From: an uncultured candidatus Porisulfidus sp.
Lineage (GTDB): Bacteria > Pseudomonadota > Gammaproteobacteria > Poriferisulfidales > Poriferisulfidaceae
Length of the DNA stretch: 64,000 nt
Direction: 5' to 3'
Assembly: GCA_965221375.1 (NCBI GenBank)
Contig: OZ244883.1
Coordinates: 384,071 to 448,070 of the forward strand
Shown here: positions 48,300 through 59,013 of the stretch, one piece after another
Layout of the letters: each line of letters opens with the position of its first letter
Position numbering within the stretch: the first letter of the stretch is position 1
Translations under genes and position numbers: made by a program
Notes under the pieces: model-generated
What the model saw: only the letters and a program-made list of their open reading frames with translations
Told to the model about the DNA's origin: nothing
Databases searched by the model: none

Positions 48300-49110
48300 A
48301 ACCCAAGAAAAGATGGCCGCCCAGCAGGAAATGCCGTTTGCCATCGTGCATGGCGAGCAGGTCACGGAGTTGCCGGATGGTTTGTACATCCCGCCCAATG
48401 CACTGGAAGTGTTTTTGGATGCCTTCGAAGGGCCGTTGGATTTGCTGCTGCATCTGATTCGCCGCCAGAATCTGGATATTCTCGATCTTCCCGTCGCGGA
48501 AATTACCGATCAATACCTCCAATACATCGCCTTGATGGAAGAGATGAAATTGGAGTTGGCGTCGGAATATCTGGTGATGGCGGCGCTGTTGGCGGAGATC
48601 AAGTCGCGAATGTTGTTGCCGACGCCGGATTCCGAAGAGCCGGATGAGGACCCGCGCGCCGAGCTAATCCGCCGGCTGCAGGAGTATGAGCGCTACAAGA
48701 CGGCGGCGGAAAACCTGGATGAGTTGCCGCGATTGGAGCGCGACGCTTTTGCGTTTGCCATGGAGACGCGCAATCTGTCGGTGCCGCGCCCCTTGCCCCG
48801 GGTTACTCTTGAGGATTTGCAGATGGCGCTGCACGCCATGTTGCTGCGGGCGCAATTCAATGCGGCGCACCAGATTGAGATGGAGCAATTGTCGGTGCAG
48901 GAGCGCATGACCAATGTGCTCGAACACATTGGTGCTCAGGGAGAATGTGAGTTCACCCGTCTGTTCAATCCCGAGGAAGGGCGTTTGGGCTTGGCCGTGA
49001 CTTTCCTGGCAATTTTGGAATTGCTGCGCCTGGACCTTGTCGAGTGCCGACAGGAACAAGCCTACGGCCCCATTCTGATCGCTCCAAACCGTAAGGTTGC
49101 AAATGCCTGA
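48292..49110 (+). CDS. scpA: Segregation and condensation protein A
   Basis: ALEVFLDAFEGPLDLLLHLIRRQNLDILDLPVAEIT. Start ATG overlaps the trpS stop. Confidence 0.85.
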   Translation: MTETQEKMAAQQEMPFAIVHGEQVTELPDGLYIPPNALEVFLDAFEGPLDLLLHLIRRQNLDILDLPVAEITDQYLQYIALMEEMKLELASEYLVMAALLAEIKSRMLLPTPDSEEPDEDPRAELIRRLQEYERYKTAAENLDELPRLERDAFAFAMETRNLSVPRPLPRVTLEDLQMALHAMLLRAQFNAAHQIEMEQLSVQERMTNVLEHIGAQGECEFTRLFNPEEGRLGLAVTFLAILELLRLDLVECRQEQAYGPILIAPNRKVANA

Positions 49111-49744
49111 GCAGTCGGCCAAGGGCACGGTGCAGGCGGCTTTGTTGGCGGCGGATGGGCCGCTGTCGATTGAAGATTTGCTGAAATTGTTCCGAGCCGA
49201 AGAGCGGCCGGAGCGCAAGGAAGTGACGTTGATTTTGGAGCAATTGGCCGAAGAGTGCGCGGAGCAGAGTTTTTCGCTGGTGCGCGTGGCCAGCGGCTGG
49301 CGTTACCAGGTGGATTCGCACTACGCGCAAGCGATCGGACGACTTTGGGAGCAGCGGCCGCCACGGTATTCGCAGGCATTGTTGGAGACACTTGCCCTGA
49401 TTGCCTATCGACAACCGATTACGCGCGGTGAAATCGAAAGTGTCCGGGGAGTCGCCCCCAGCACCAACATCATGCAGACGCTGACCGAACGAAACTGGGT
49501 GCGCACCGTCGGCTATAAACAATCCCCCGGGCGTCCCGCCTTGTATGGAACGACGCGAGAATTTCTGGATTATTTTGGTTTGCGCACTCTGAAAGAGTTG
49601 CCACCGCTTCCCGAGCCTCGCAGCGGGGAAGAGGTGGACCCGCAATTGCCGATCCAGGGCATTCCTCGCTCGACGCCCGAGGCGGAGGATACGCCGGCAT
49701 CCGCGGAGGAGGCTTCTTCGGATTCCGACGATGATGCCTCCTGA
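49097..49744 (+). CDS. scpB: Segregation and condensation protein B
   Basis: 215 aa. Tandem winged-helix domains (LEALLFA-type, PITRGEIE). Confidence 0.85.
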   Translation: MQMPEQSAKGTVQAALLAADGPLSIEDLLKLFRAEERPERKEVTLILEQLAEECAEQSFSLVRVASGWRYQVDSHYAQAIGRLWEQRPPRYSQALLETLALIAYRQPITRGEIESVRGVAPSTNIMQTLTERNWVRTVGYKQSPGRPALYGTTREFLDYFGLRTLKELPPLPEPRSGEEVDPQLPIQGIPRSTPEAEDTPASAEEASSDSDDDAS

Positions 49745-50522
49745 GATTCCGACGAATTCTCTCCAGCGTCTACAAAAACTGATCGCCCAAGCGGGCCTCG
49801 CTTCTCGCCGGCAAGCGGAGGCCTGGATTGCCGAGGGACGGGTGCGAGTCAATGGGCGCATTGCCAAACTCGGCGATCGGGCTGGCGAGCAAGATACCGT
49901 CACCGTCGATGGGCAGGCGATTTTGTCCGTTGCGGATGCTCATGAACCCCCACAAGTGCTGGCGTATCACAAACCGGTAGGACAAATCACCAGCCGCTCG
50001 GACGAGCGCGGGCGTCCGACGATTTTTGAGGCATTGCCGGAGCCTTCAGCGGGACGCTGGATCGCGGTGGGGCGTTTGGATTTTCAGACCTCGGGGTTGT
50101 TGTTGCTGACAACAGATGGGGCATTGGCGAATGATTTGATGCATCCCAGAGGACAGTTGCAACGCCGCTATCAGGTCCGGGTGCGCGGAGTGCCGGATGT
50201 CACGCAGTTGAAGCAACTGAAACAGGGGGTGGAGCTGGAGGATGGGCCGGCGGCATTTGAATACATTCGAGCCGGTCGGGGCCGGGGTGCGAACCGCTGG
50301 TATGAAGTGGCTTTGCGCGAGGGTCGCAACCGAGAAGTGCGACGCCTGTGGGCGGCGGTGGGGTTGGACGTCAGCCGCCTAATCCGCATCGGCTACGGTC
50401 CCATCGCGTTGGCGCCGGACCATCCGGCGGGAGTCGCGCGGGCCCTTTCAGCGAAAGAAATCCGAGCGTTGCGAAATGCCGTGCAGCGCAATCACCCTAA
50501 GATGACTGAAGCCGGCTCCTGA
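49731..50522 (+). CDS. rluB: 23S rRNA pseudouridine synthase (RsuA/RluB family, S4 + PseudoU synthase)
   Basis: S4 domain LQKLIAQAGLASRRQAE; catalytic GRLDFQTSGLLLLTTDG. Confidence 0.85.
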   Translation: MMPPEIPTNSLQRLQKLIAQAGLASRRQAEAWIAEGRVRVNGRIAKLGDRAGEQDTVTVDGQAILSVADAHEPPQVLAYHKPVGQITSRSDERGRPTIFEALPEPSAGRWIAVGRLDFQTSGLLLLTTDGALANDLMHPRGQLQRRYQVRVRGVPDVTQLKQLKQGVELEDGPAAFEYIRAGRGRGANRWYEVALREGRNREVRRLWAAVGLDVSRLIRIGYGPIALAPDHPAGVARALSAKEIRALRNAVQRNHPKMTEAGS

Positions 50523-50529
50523 CATAGAA

Positions 50530-51138
50530 TCAGGTCATTCCTTCGACTTGCTGGTAGCAAGGTCGAGGGTCGGGAGCGACGGCCTGCGGGTCATGAATCA
50601 GTTTCAGGAGCGTCTCCACAGTCATGTCGAAATCGTCATTGATTACGCAGTGATCAAAATGCTCGCAGTGCATGATGTCGGCGCGCGCCTGGGCCAGCCG
50701 TTGCGCGATGACGTCCTCAGCATCCGTATTGCGTTCGCGCAGACGCGCTTCCAGTGCTTCGAGAGAGGGCGGCAGAATGAAAATGCTGATGGCTTCCGGC
50801 ACTTTTTGGCGCACTTGTTCCGCTCCCTGCCAGTCAATTTCCAAAATCACGGTGCGCCCTTGTTGTTGGAGGCGTGAAATTTCTTTTCGTGAAGTCCCGT
50901 AACAATTCCCGAAGACTTCGGCACGTTCCAAAAACTGTCCCGCATCCTCCATTTCCGCGAATGTCTCCAACGTAGTGAAGTAGTAGTCTTTGCCTTCTTC
51001 CTCACCGGGGCGTTGAGTACGGGTCGTGTGCGAAATACCTACCGCGAGGCTGGCATCCCGGCGCAGCAGTTCGCGCACCAAAGAAGTCTTGCCGGCCCCG
51101 GAGGGTGCGGAAATAATTAACAGGCGCCCCTCAGTCAC
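50530..51138 (-). CDS. gmk: Guanylate kinase
   Basis: GTG start chosen to avoid the 77-nt overlap with tatC. P-loop SAPSGAGKTSL. Confidence 0.85.
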   Translation of the reverse strand: MTEGRLLIISAPSGAGKTSLVRELLRRDASLAVGISHTTRTQRPGEEEGKDYYFTTLETFAEMEDAGQFLERAEVFGNCYGTSRKEISRLQQQGRTVILEIDWQGAEQVRQKVPEAISIFILPPSLEALEARLRERNTDAEDVIAQRLAQARADIMHCEHFDHCVINDDFDMTVETLLKLIHDPQAVAPDPRPCYQQVEGMT

Positions 51139-52012
51139 GCCCTTTCTCCTCGTCCTCGGGAGACGGTTCGGGGGAATCTGCAGCCTCTTGGGCGTCCAGT
51201 TCGGCATCCATTTCCTGCTCCGTCATCGGGCGAAAGCGCTCCTCCTCTTCAGAAACATCAGGATCTTTGGCCTCCGGAGACACAAACATTTTCGAAAACA
51301 AAATGCCAACCTCATACAGCAGCCATACCGGAATGGCGAGCAAGGTCTGGGAGATCACATCCGGAGGCGTCAGAAGCATGCCGATAACAAAAGCGCCGAC
51401 AATCACATAGGGACGGATTTGGCGCAGTCGTGCCGGCGTGGTCATGCCGACGGCGACCAAAGCAACCGTCACGATGGGCACTTCAAAGGCAACCCCGAAG
51501 GCAATGAAAATCTTGACCACAAAATCCAGGAAGCGGTTGATGTCGGTCATCACGGCGACGCCTTCGGGAGCCGTGCTGACGAAAAAGCCAAAAACCAGCG
51601 GGAAGACCACGTAATAGGCGAATGCCATGCCGGCGTAAAACAGCACGACACTGGACAGTAGCACGGGGGTGGCCAAGCGTTTTTCATGCCGGTACAAACC
51701 TGGGGCGACGAATGCCCAGAATTGATACAGGGTGTAGGGTATGGTGACCGCCACGGCGATCAGCAAAGCCAGCTTGAACGGGGCTAAAAATGGTGAGGCC
51801 ACATCAATGGCGACCATCGAATGTCCTTCGGGCAGACTGTCCAGCAGCGGGGTGGCCAGCCAGGAATACAAATCGTTGGCAAACGGCATCAAAGCCAGCA
51901 ACACGACGCCGACGACCACCAGCGTGCGCAGCAGTCGGTCGCGCAATTCGACCAGATGACTGATGAAAGTGCTTTTGAGCTCAGTCCCGTTCTTGTCGTT
52001 CGGGGGGCTCAT
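51131..52012 (-). CDS. tatC: Twin-arginine translocase subunit TatC
   Basis: 293 aa. Six TM segments, TatC motifs; acidic C-terminal tail. Confidence 0.95.
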   Translation of the reverse strand: MSPPNDKNGTELKSTFISHLVELRDRLLRTLVVVGVVLLALMPFANDLYSWLATPLLDSLPEGHSMVAIDVASPFLAPFKLALLIAVAVTIPYTLYQFWAFVAPGLYRHEKRLATPVLLSSVVLFYAGMAFAYYVVFPLVFGFFVSTAPEGVAVMTDINRFLDFVVKIFIAFGVAFEVPIVTVALVAVGMTTPARLRQIRPYVIVGAFVIGMLLTPPDVISQTLLAIPVWLLYEVGILFSKMFVSPEAKDPDVSEEEERFRPMTEQEMDAELDAQEAADSPEPSPEDEEKGRD

Positions 52013-52334
52013 GCTCAGAGGAATCCGAAGCGGGAGTGGGGTTTGATTTCAGGGCGTCTTCGACGGCGCGGAGGGCCGGCGTGCCGGGGCTTTTCTGGTC
52101 CTGGACGAGGTCGCGAAGTTCCTGGATTTCATTTTGCTGCTGACGCATGGCTTCGCGCAATTCTTCCGTTTGCAGTTCCTGTTGGACGTTGTGCTTGAAC
52201 TGGTTAACCAGTCGGCGCATACGCCCAATCCATTCACCAATCTGGGCGGCCAATTTCGGCAGGCGTTGGGGACCGACGACGACCAAGGCGACGAGCATGA
52301 CCAGCAGGAGTTCCCAGAAGCCAAAATCAAACAT
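51981..52334 (-). CDS. tatB: Twin-arginine translocase subunit TatB
   Basis: MFDFGFWELLLVMLVALVVVGPQRLP. Confidence 0.85.
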   Translation of the reverse strand: MFDFGFWELLLVMLVALVVVGPQRLPKLAAQIGEWIGRMRRLVNQFKHNVQQELQTEELREAMRQQQNEIQELRDLVQDQKSPGTPALRAVEDALKSNPTPASDSSEHEPPERQERD

Positions 52335-52357
52335 GGCTGCGGGTTATGACGGGGTGT

Positions 52358-52567
52358 TTAGCGATCGGTCGTGTCTTGCGAGGATTTTGCGTCCGCATCC
52401 GAGTCGATTTTTTCGGCATCGTCGGATTTTTCGGAACGTTTCATCGCATGTTTGAAATCCTTGATGGCGCCGCCTAGATCGCCGCCCAGGTTCCGCAGAC
52501 GCTTGCCGCTGAACAGCAGCAATGCGATAACGACGATGATAAGAATTTGCCAGATGCTGATGCCCAT
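52358..52567 (-). CDS. tatA: Twin-arginine translocase subunit TatA
   Basis: [24 protein letters not shown]. Confidence 0.9.
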   Translation of the reverse strand: MGISIWQILIIVVIALLLFSGKRLRNLGGDLGGAIKDFKHAMKRSEKSDDAEKIDSDADAKSSQDTTDR

Positions 52568-52600
52568 GGCGCTAACTCCTCAGGGGCGCGGTCGACCCAA

Positions 52601-52936
52601 TCATTGTACCGCAGGCGGTTTTTTGCGGTGCGCCTTTTCTTCCAGCCCGGATTGTCCGAAGCGCCGCTGCAATTCTTCCAATACGTCTTGCGCATCCAAA
52701 TCGCGCAAAGCGAGCAGTACCAGCGTGTGAAACCACAAGTCGGCGACTTCGTGAACCAGATGCGGCGCATCGCCGTCCGCCGCCTCAACGGTCTCCTGGG
52801 CCTCCTCGCTGATTTTGGCCACAATCGCCGGCAGGCCGTCGCGGTAAAGGGACGCCACGTAGGAATCCTGCGGATCAGCCTCGCGGCGTTGCCGCAGCGT
52901 CTCCATCAATTGCGCCAGAATGTCTGTTTTATCCAT
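52601..52936 (-). CDS. hisE: Phosphoribosyl-ATP pyrophosphatase (stand-alone HisE)
   Basis: 111 aa. HisE motif EEAQETVEAA...EVADLWFH. Confidence 0.9.
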   Translation of the reverse strand: MDKTDILAQLMETLRQRREADPQDSYVASLYRDGLPAIVAKISEEAQETVEAADGDAPHLVHEVADLWFHTLVLLALRDLDAQDVLEELQRRFGQSGLEEKAHRKKPPAVQ

Positions 52937-52942
52937 ATCCGA

Positions 52943-53716
52943 TTACAGGCGGACCTCAATCCCTTTCTCATGCATAAAGCGTTTGGCCTCGCCAATGGTA
53001 CATTCCTGGAAATGAAAAATGCTGGCCGCGAGCACCGCATCGGCCCCTCCCTCCAGCACGCCGTCGACCAAATGCTGCAGGTTGCCGACGCCTCCGGAAG
53101 CAATCACCGGCACTTCCACTGCATCACTTAAGGTGCGGGTCAGCTCCAGATCAAAGCCGTCCCGGGTGCCGTCGCGGTCCATGCTGGTCAGCAGGATTTC
53201 GCCGGCCCCGTAGTCGGTCATTTTTTGCGCCCATTCCAGCGCATCAATCCCGGTGTCACGGCGTCCTCCGTGCGTAAAGATATCCCATCGCGGGGGCTCC
53301 CCGGGGGCGCTGACACGTTTGGCATCGATTGCAACGACGATACATTGATTGCCGATTGCATCGCTGGCCTCGCGCACAAAGTCGGGATTGGAAACCGCCG
53401 CGGTATTGATGCCGACCTTGTCGGCGCCGGCGCGAAGTAGGTTGCGGATATCCTCGACGGTGCGAACCCCACCGCCCACGGTTAATGGGATAAAGACTTG
53501 TTCGGCGACCGCTTCGACCACATGTAGGATCGTGTCGCGGTCATGGTGACTGGCGGTGATGTCCAGAAACGTCAACTCATCGGCGCCTTCGGCATCGTAG
53601 CGTCGGGCGGCCTCTACCGGATCGCCGGCATCCCGGATGTTGACAAATTGGACTCCTTTGACAACCCGGCCATCGTCCACATCCAAGCACGGAATAATCC
53701 GTTTTGCCAGACCCAT
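52943..53716 (-). CDS. hisF: Imidazole glycerol phosphate synthase cyclase subunit
   Basis: 257 aa. (beta/alpha)8. [14 protein letters not shown]. Confidence 0.95.
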   Translation of the reverse strand: MGLAKRIIPCLDVDDGRVVKGVQFVNIRDAGDPVEAARRYDAEGADELTFLDITASHHDRDTILHVVEAVAEQVFIPLTVGGGVRTVEDIRNLLRAGADKVGINTAAVSNPDFVREASDAIGNQCIVVAIDAKRVSAPGEPPRWDIFTHGGRRDTGIDALEWAQKMTDYGAGEILLTSMDRDGTRDGFDLELTRTLSDAVEVPVIASGGVGNLQHLVDGVLEGGADAVLAASIFHFQECTIGEAKRFMHEKGIEVRL

Positions 53717-54444
53717 CAGCGATTGGCCAAGGCCAGGGCCTCGGGAAGATGAATCTGTTCTTCGTATAGGGCGCGACCAATAATCACGCCGTCGACGCCG
53801 TCGTCTTCGACGGCCAGTAGCGCTTCGATATCCTGCATGTTGGTCACACCGCCGGAAGCAATTACCGGCACCGGCAGGGCCCGCGCCAGGGCGGCGGTGG
53901 CCTCGACATTGAGGCCCTGCATCATGCCGTCGCGGCTGATGTCCGTGAAAATGATGGCCGTGACGCCTTCCTGGGCAAAATGCTGCGCCAGATCCGTCAC
54001 ATCATGGTGGGACAGTTTCGACCAGCCGTCGGTGGCGACTTTGCCGTCTTTGGCATCCAACCCGACGATGATGTGGCCGGGAAATTCCAGGCACAATTCC
54101 TGGACGAAATGAGGCTCGCGCACGGCCCGAGTGCCGATGACCGTATAGCGCACGCCGGCGTCCAGGTAGGTCTGAATGGTGTCTTCGTTGCGAATCCCGC
54201 CGCCGACTTGGAGCGGGACCTCCGGGTGTTGCCGGGCGATGCGTTCGATAATCGGGGCATTGTGGGGTTGACCGTCGCGGGCGCCGTCCAGATCGACGAT
54301 ATGCAGACGCTGGGCGCCTTGCTCGATCCAGCGGGCCGCCATACTGAGGGGGTCGTCAGAGAAAATGGTCTCGTCTTGCATACGCCCCTGCCGCAGGCGC
54401 ACACAGCGGCCCTCCTTCAAGTCGATGGCAGGAATAATCAGCAT
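53716..54444 (-). CDS. hisA: ProFAR isomerase
   Basis: 242 aa. [17 protein letters not shown]. Confidence 0.95.
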   Translation of the reverse strand: MLIIPAIDLKEGRCVRLRQGRMQDETIFSDDPLSMAARWIEQGAQRLHIVDLDGARDGQPHNAPIIERIARQHPEVPLQVGGGIRNEDTIQTYLDAGVRYTVIGTRAVREPHFVQELCLEFPGHIIVGLDAKDGKVATDGWSKLSHHDVTDLAQHFAQEGVTAIIFTDISRDGMMQGLNVEATAALARALPVPVIASGGVTNMQDIEALLAVEDDGVDGVIIGRALYEEQIHLPEALALANR

Positions 54445-54463
54445 GAATGGGGAGTGTTTGCGG

Positions 54464-55105
54464 TCAGAGTTGCCCGTCCCAACGCAGGAAATTACGCAAT
54501 AAAGTCAGGCCGGGCTGTCCGCTTTTTTCCGGATGGCACTGCATGGCAAAGATAAAGTCTTGGGCAATCGCGGAGGCGAACGGCGCGGGGTACAGCGTGT
54601 GTCCGGCCACCGTCTCGGCATAATCCGGTTCGACGTAGTAGCTGTGTACAAAATAAAAGCGGCTCTGGTCGGGAATGTTCTCCCACAAGGGATGGGGCTG
54701 CTGCTGGTGGATGGTATTCCAGCCCATGTGCGGGATTTTCAGTCCGTCGCTGCGCAGCAGCACGCGGGCGAAGGGCTGGACCGTGCCGTGAATCAACTCC
54801 AGGCCCAGGGTGCCGCCATTTTCTTCGCTGTGTTCCATTAAGACTTGCATCCCCATGCAAATCCCCAGAAAAGGGCGGTCCTGGGCGACTTGGAGGATGG
54901 CATCGATTAGGTTTTTTCGGCGCAGACCCAGCATGCAGTGCCGGGCTGCCCCTTGGCCCGGGAAAATCACCCGGTCTGCTTCCAGAATTTGTTCGGGCCG
55001 GTCGGCGATTACGATTCGGGTGCGCGGGCCCACCATGCCGAGCAGGGCATTGTGCACGGAGCGCAGGTTGCCGAAACTGAAGTCGACAATGGCGATGGTC
55101 TGCAT
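54464..55105 (-). CDS. hisH: Imidazole glycerol phosphate synthase glutaminase subunit
   Basis: 213 aa. GICMGMQ catalytic Cys. Confidence 0.95.
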   Translation of the reverse strand: MQTIAIVDFSFGNLRSVHNALLGMVGPRTRIVIADRPEQILEADRVIFPGQGAARHCMLGLRRKNLIDAILQVAQDRPFLGICMGMQVLMEHSEENGGTLGLELIHGTVQPFARVLLRSDGLKIPHMGWNTIHQQQPHPLWENIPDQSRFYFVHSYYVEPDYAETVAGHTLYPAPFASAIAQDFIFAMQCHPEKSGQPGLTLLRNFLRWDGQL

Positions 55106-55117
55106 GAACGCATCCGG

Positions 55118-55708
55118 TTACAGTGTGCCTTTGGTGGAAGGCGTGCCGGTTTCGCGCGGGTCGCGTTCGACCGCCATGCGCAGGGCGCGGCCAAATGCCT
55201 TGAAGATGGTTTCGGCAATATGGTGCGCATTGCTGCCGCGCATACCGTCGATGTGCAGAGTCGCCATGGCATGGTTGGAAAAGCCTTGGAAAAACTCGTG
55301 CACCAGGTCTACGTCGAAGTCCTGAATCCGCGCGCGCGGATATTCCACGTGGTACTCCAGGCCCGGGCGGCCCGAGAAATCGATGACCACGCGGGACAAG
55401 GCTTCGTCCAAAGGCACATAGGCGTGGCCATAGCGGCGAATGGAGTGTTTGTCGCCCAGCGCCTGCAAGGTGGCCTGGCCCAGCACAATCCCGATGTCCT
55501 CGACCGTGTGGTGGGCGTCTACGGACAAGTCGCCTTGGGCTTTGACGGACAGGTCCACCAGCCCGTGGCGGGCGACTTGCTCGAGCATGTGCTCAAGAAA
55601 GGGCAGACCGGTTTTAAGTTCGGCGCGGCCCTGGCCGTCGAGGTCGATTTCGACTTCTACCTGGGTTTCGCGGGTGTCGCGCTGAATGCGGGCGGTGCGG
55701 GCGTTCAT
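55118..55708 (-). CDS. hisB: Imidazoleglycerol-phosphate dehydratase (monofunctional)
   Basis: 196 aa. IGPD motifs [28 protein letters not shown]. Confidence 0.95.
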   Translation of the reverse strand: MNARTARIQRDTRETQVEVEIDLDGQGRAELKTGLPFLEHMLEQVARHGLVDLSVKAQGDLSVDAHHTVEDIGIVLGQATLQALGDKHSIRRYGHAYVPLDEALSRVVIDFSGRPGLEYHVEYPRARIQDFDVDLVHEFFQGFSNHAMATLHIDGMRGSNAHHIAETIFKAFGRALRMAVERDPRETGTPSTKGTL

Positions 55709-55751
55709 GGAGGACAGGCCTCGTTTAAAAGCTATTCTAGCAAGGGGGCGA

Positions 55752-56189
55752 TTACGGCTGCAGAATAAACGTCACGGGTCCGTCGTTAATCAGATGCACC
55801 TGCATGTCGGCTCCGAACACGCCCGAAGCAACGGAATCATGTTCCTGCTGGCAACAGGCGAGTAATTGCTGGAATAAATCTTCGGCATAATCGGGGGCGG
55901 CGGCGGTACTGAAGCTGGCGCGTCGGCCGCGTCCGGTATCCGCGGCCAGGGTGAACTGGGGCACCAGCAGCAACGCGCGTCCCGTATCGCGAAGAGAGAG
56001 ATTCATTTTGCCGTCGGCGTCGGCGAACATGCGCCAATTCAAGATACGTTCGGCCAGGCGGATGATCTGAGGGCTTTGGTCAGCTTGATGAAAGCCCACG
56101 AAGGCCAGGGCACCGGGGCCAATCGTCGCCACGGGGGCGTCGGCCACTTCCACTTGCGCTTGCGAGACGCGCTGCAACAGGGCGATCAT
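55752..56189 (-). CDS. dtd: D-aminoacyl-tRNA deacylase
   Basis: 145 aa. [15 protein letters not shown] ... SNDGPVTF-type C-terminus. Confidence 0.9.
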   Translation of the reverse strand: MIALLQRVSQAQVEVADAPVATIGPGALAFVGFHQADQSPQIIRLAERILNWRMFADADGKMNLSLRDTGRALLLVPQFTLAADTGRGRRASFSTAAAPDYAEDLFQQLLACCQQEHDSVASGVFGADMQVHLINDGPVTFILQP

Positions 56190-56224
56190 GGAGCGGACGG
56201 CTATAATCTCTAATCTCTATTGAC

Positions 56225-56300
56225 GCGCCCGTGGCTCAGTGGATAGAGCACTGGCCTCCGGAGCCAGGGGTCGCAGGTTCGAATCCTGCCGGGCGCGCCA
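56225..56300 (+). tRNA. tRNA-Arg (anticodon CCG)
   Basis: 76 nt. Cloverleaf with anticodon loop CU-CCG-GA, T-loop TTCGAATC, 3' CCA encoded. Near-identical to E. coli tRNA-Arg(CCG). Confidence 0.9.
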
Positions 56301-57191
56301 TCAGCGACGGGCCAGCATCTGATGCATGATCGGTTTCAGGTGCGTGGCACACGGCGGGGTGTCTTCACAGACACTGTCGGTTTGCATACTGCGGTAGTTG
56401 TCCAGGGTGAAGGGTTTTCCAGGCACCATACCGAGCACACGCGCCTGCAGGCGTGACCATCCCGGCGACAGCCCGATGACTTTGCGACGCAGTCCGGCCA
56501 TTTGCGCCGTCATTTCCACCAATTCTTTCAAAGTGTAGATATCAGGACCGCACAAGGACAGGGTTTGTCGGTACGTATGGCGGTCATCGAGGCTGTCACA
56601 CAGGCGGTCGACGACATCGTGGACATAGACCGGGGCAAAACGAGTGTCGGGACAGGCGAGCGGGAAATAGTAGGGCGCCAGACGCAGCAGAGTTGCAAAC
56701 CGGTTGATGAAGTGGTCCCGTGGCCCAAAAATCACCGAGGGTCGGAAACAGGTTACGTGGGTTGAACCGGTCAACGTAAACAAGGTCGTCTCCGCTTCCG
56801 CCTTGCTGCGCAGGTAGTGACTGAGGGCATTGCGGTTTGCGCCGAGAGCGCTCACCTGGAGCAGTCGGGGAATGTGATGGGTCCGGCACACGCCCACCAA
56901 CGATGCCGCCAACTCCACGTGGGCGGTACGAAACGTTTGCTGGCGCCGCCGGGATTCATTGAGGATACCCACCAGATTGATGATGACATCCATGCCTTCG
57001 GTATGCCGAAGCAGCGCGTGCTTGTCGTGTATATCTGCCTGCACCAGCTCCAGAGTCGGCAAGACCAAAAGGGAGCGGTGGCGGGAATGCTGACGTGTCA
57101 GGACACGTAGTTGGTGTCCGCGTTCCACCAAGGCACACGACAACACCTGACCGACGAATCCCGTGCCGCCCAAGATGCAGATACGGGCCAT
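56301..57191 (-). CDS. NAD(P)-binding Rossmann-fold protein, NDUFA9/NmrA-like epimerase-dehydratase family
   Basis: N-terminal ICILGGTGFVG. 296 aa. Stop abuts the tRNA 3' end. Confidence 0.7.
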   Translation of the reverse strand: MARICILGGTGFVGQVLSCALVERGHQLRVLTRQHSRHRSLLVLPTLELVQADIHDKHALLRHTEGMDVIINLVGILNESRRRQQTFRTAHVELAASLVGVCRTHHIPRLLQVSALGANRNALSHYLRSKAEAETTLFTLTGSTHVTCFRPSVIFGPRDHFINRFATLLRLAPYYFPLACPDTRFAPVYVHDVVDRLCDSLDDRHTYRQTLSLCGPDIYTLKELVEMTAQMAGLRRKVIGLSPGWSRLQARVLGMVPGKPFTLDNYRSMQTDSVCEDTPPCATHLKPIMHQMLARR

Positions 57192-57225
57192 GCCGTCATT
57201 ATAATGAGGTCAAATCTCAAAGCCT

Positions 57226-57894
57226 ATGTTGTTTCATGTGCCTGGTGTCTTGACGGCTGCGGAGGCGGTCAAGATTCGCGATGTGTTATCCGCCGGCGAT
57301 TTGATTGAAGGAGCCAAAAGCGCCGGTCAGTTGGCGGCCACAGTCAAGCATAACGAAGAATTTGCAGAGAGTAACGCCCAGCGGCAACAACTGGAACGTC
57401 AGGTAGCCGAAGCGGTGCAGCGCCACCCTCTGGTGCAGCGCCATGCGTTGCCGTTGCGCATCAGTCATCCGATCTTCGCACGTTATCTGCCGGGGATGCA
57501 TTACGGGCGGCATACCGACGATGCGGTGATGGGTTTGGGCGGTTATCGCTCCGATTTGGCGATGACCGTTTTTCTCAGCGACCCCGAGGACTACCAGGGG
57601 GGCTCGCTCGTTGTGGAGTTTCCCGAAGGTGAACAGGCGGCGCGTCACTCCTGTGGCGATGCAGTGCTGTATCCGGCGGATCGCCTGCATCGCGTTGAAG
57701 AGGTCACGCAGGGCGAGCGCTGGGTGGCCGTCCTTTGGATTCAAAGCCAGGTACGCGATGCCCAGCACCGGGAAATTCTAAGTACTTTGGATGCGCTCCG
57801 CACTCAAGGGATGGCGACTTCAATGGACGCGGAGGCGTTGCTGCAGTTGGACTGGTTGTACGCGCGGCTGTTGCGGATGTGGGCGGATGTCTGA
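57226..57894 (+). CDS. Fe(II)/2-oxoglutarate-dependent PKHD-type hydroxylase
   Basis: HxD...H iron-binding triad (HTDDAV...H). About 222 aa, typical for the family. Confidence 0.8.
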   Translation: MLFHVPGVLTAAEAVKIRDVLSAGDLIEGAKSAGQLAATVKHNEEFAESNAQRQQLERQVAEAVQRHPLVQRHALPLRISHPIFARYLPGMHYGRHTDDAVMGLGGYRSDLAMTVFLSDPEDYQGGSLVVEFPEGEQAARHSCGDAVLYPADRLHRVEEVTQGERWVAVLWIQSQVRDAQHREILSTLDALRTQGMATSMDAEALLQLDWLYARLLRMWADV

Positions 57895-58684
57895 GCCGAA
57901 GGTGGTGGATGCGCAAGGCTATCGCCGTGAATTGCGAAGCCTTCAAATTGAGTTGGTCAAATTACAGTACTGGATTCAAACGCAAAACTTGCGCGTCGTC
58001 ATTATTTTTGAAGGACGCGATGCGGCAGGCAAGGGCGGCGTCATTCGTCGCATTACTCGTCATACCAATCCCCGCATCGTGCGGGTGGCAGCCTTGCCGA
58101 AGCCGACCGAGCGGGAACGGGGTCAGTGGTATTTTCAGCGTTACGTGACGCATCTCCCGCGTCCGGGCGAGATGGTGCTGTTTGATCGCAGTTGGTACAA
58201 CCGCGCCGGTGTGGAGCCGGTCATGGGCCTGTGCACGGAAGCGGAACTGCAGGAATTTCTGATTAGCTGTCCGCAATTTGAAAACATGCTGATCCGCTCC
58301 GGTATTCGACTCATCAAATACTGGTTTTTCATCAATGGGGAGGAACAGGCGAAGCGGCTTCAGGCGCGTCTGGACGATCCGCTCAAACGCTGGAAATTAA
58401 GTCCCATGGACATGGAAGCGCATGCGCACTGGGAAGACTATACGCAGGCGCGGGATCGCATGTTCGAACATTGCCACACCCCGGAATCGCCGTGGTATGT
58501 AATCGACGGCAATCGGAAGGAAGAAGCGCGCCTGAACTGCATTCATCACCTGCTTTCACAGTTTGAATACAAGGATATGACGCCGCCCCATATGATTTTG
58601 CCGAAGCATGAAGGGGCAAAAGAGCCGGCCGAATTGACGGGACTGCCTTATTGTCCGATTGCCTATCGCTACGAAGGCGACTGA
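57887..58684 (+). CDS. ppk2: Polyphosphate kinase 2
   Basis: Start re-set to MSEPKVV (8-nt overlap with upstream stop). Walker A FEGRDAAGKGG. PPK2 lid motifs. Confidence 0.9.
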   Translation: MSEPKVVDAQGYRRELRSLQIELVKLQYWIQTQNLRVVIIFEGRDAAGKGGVIRRITRHTNPRIVRVAALPKPTERERGQWYFQRYVTHLPRPGEMVLFDRSWYNRAGVEPVMGLCTEAELQEFLISCPQFENMLIRSGIRLIKYWFFINGEEQAKRLQARLDDPLKRWKLSPMDMEAHAHWEDYTQARDRMFEHCHTPESPWYVIDGNRKEEARLNCIHHLLSQFEYKDMTPPHMILPKHEGAKEPAELTGLPYCPIAYRYEGD

Positions 58685-58774
58685 CCGCGTGCGGCGGGCA
58701 CACGGAATGCGGGAAAGGTTTTATCTGATTGTCGACCCTCTTGCCACATGAAGAAGGGCGGGATATTTTAGACT

Positions 58775-58984
58775 TTAGCGCCGAGAGCCTTTTTCTTCGT
58801 GCGCCAGATCGACGATTTCCATGGCGCAAGACATGTAGTCCTGCCGGTAATTATGCAGATCCGAGTCTTCGTCAGGGACGAAATACTCGCTCATATCGAC
58901 CCCATGCTCACGGTCCAGATCGATAAAGCGGCGCTGCATTTCCAGCAGTTTCTGAATTTTTTCCTGTTTGTCACTCATAACCAA
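58775..58984 (-). CDS. Small acidic hypothetical protein
   Basis: 69 aa. No recognised motif. Coding-like composition. Confidence 0.4.
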   Translation of the reverse strand: MVMSDKQEKIQKLLEMQRRFIDLDREHGVDMSEYFVPDEDSDLHNYRQDYMSCAMEIVDLAHEEKGSRR

Positions 58985-59013
58985 ACTTCCATCGCCGACG
59001 GAAATGCTATTGT

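Noticed and set aside
56225-56300. tRNA-Arg as possible integration site for a genomic island
   Set aside because: No integrase, direct repeat of the tRNA 3' end, or foreign-composition block follows. The flanking genes are ordinary.
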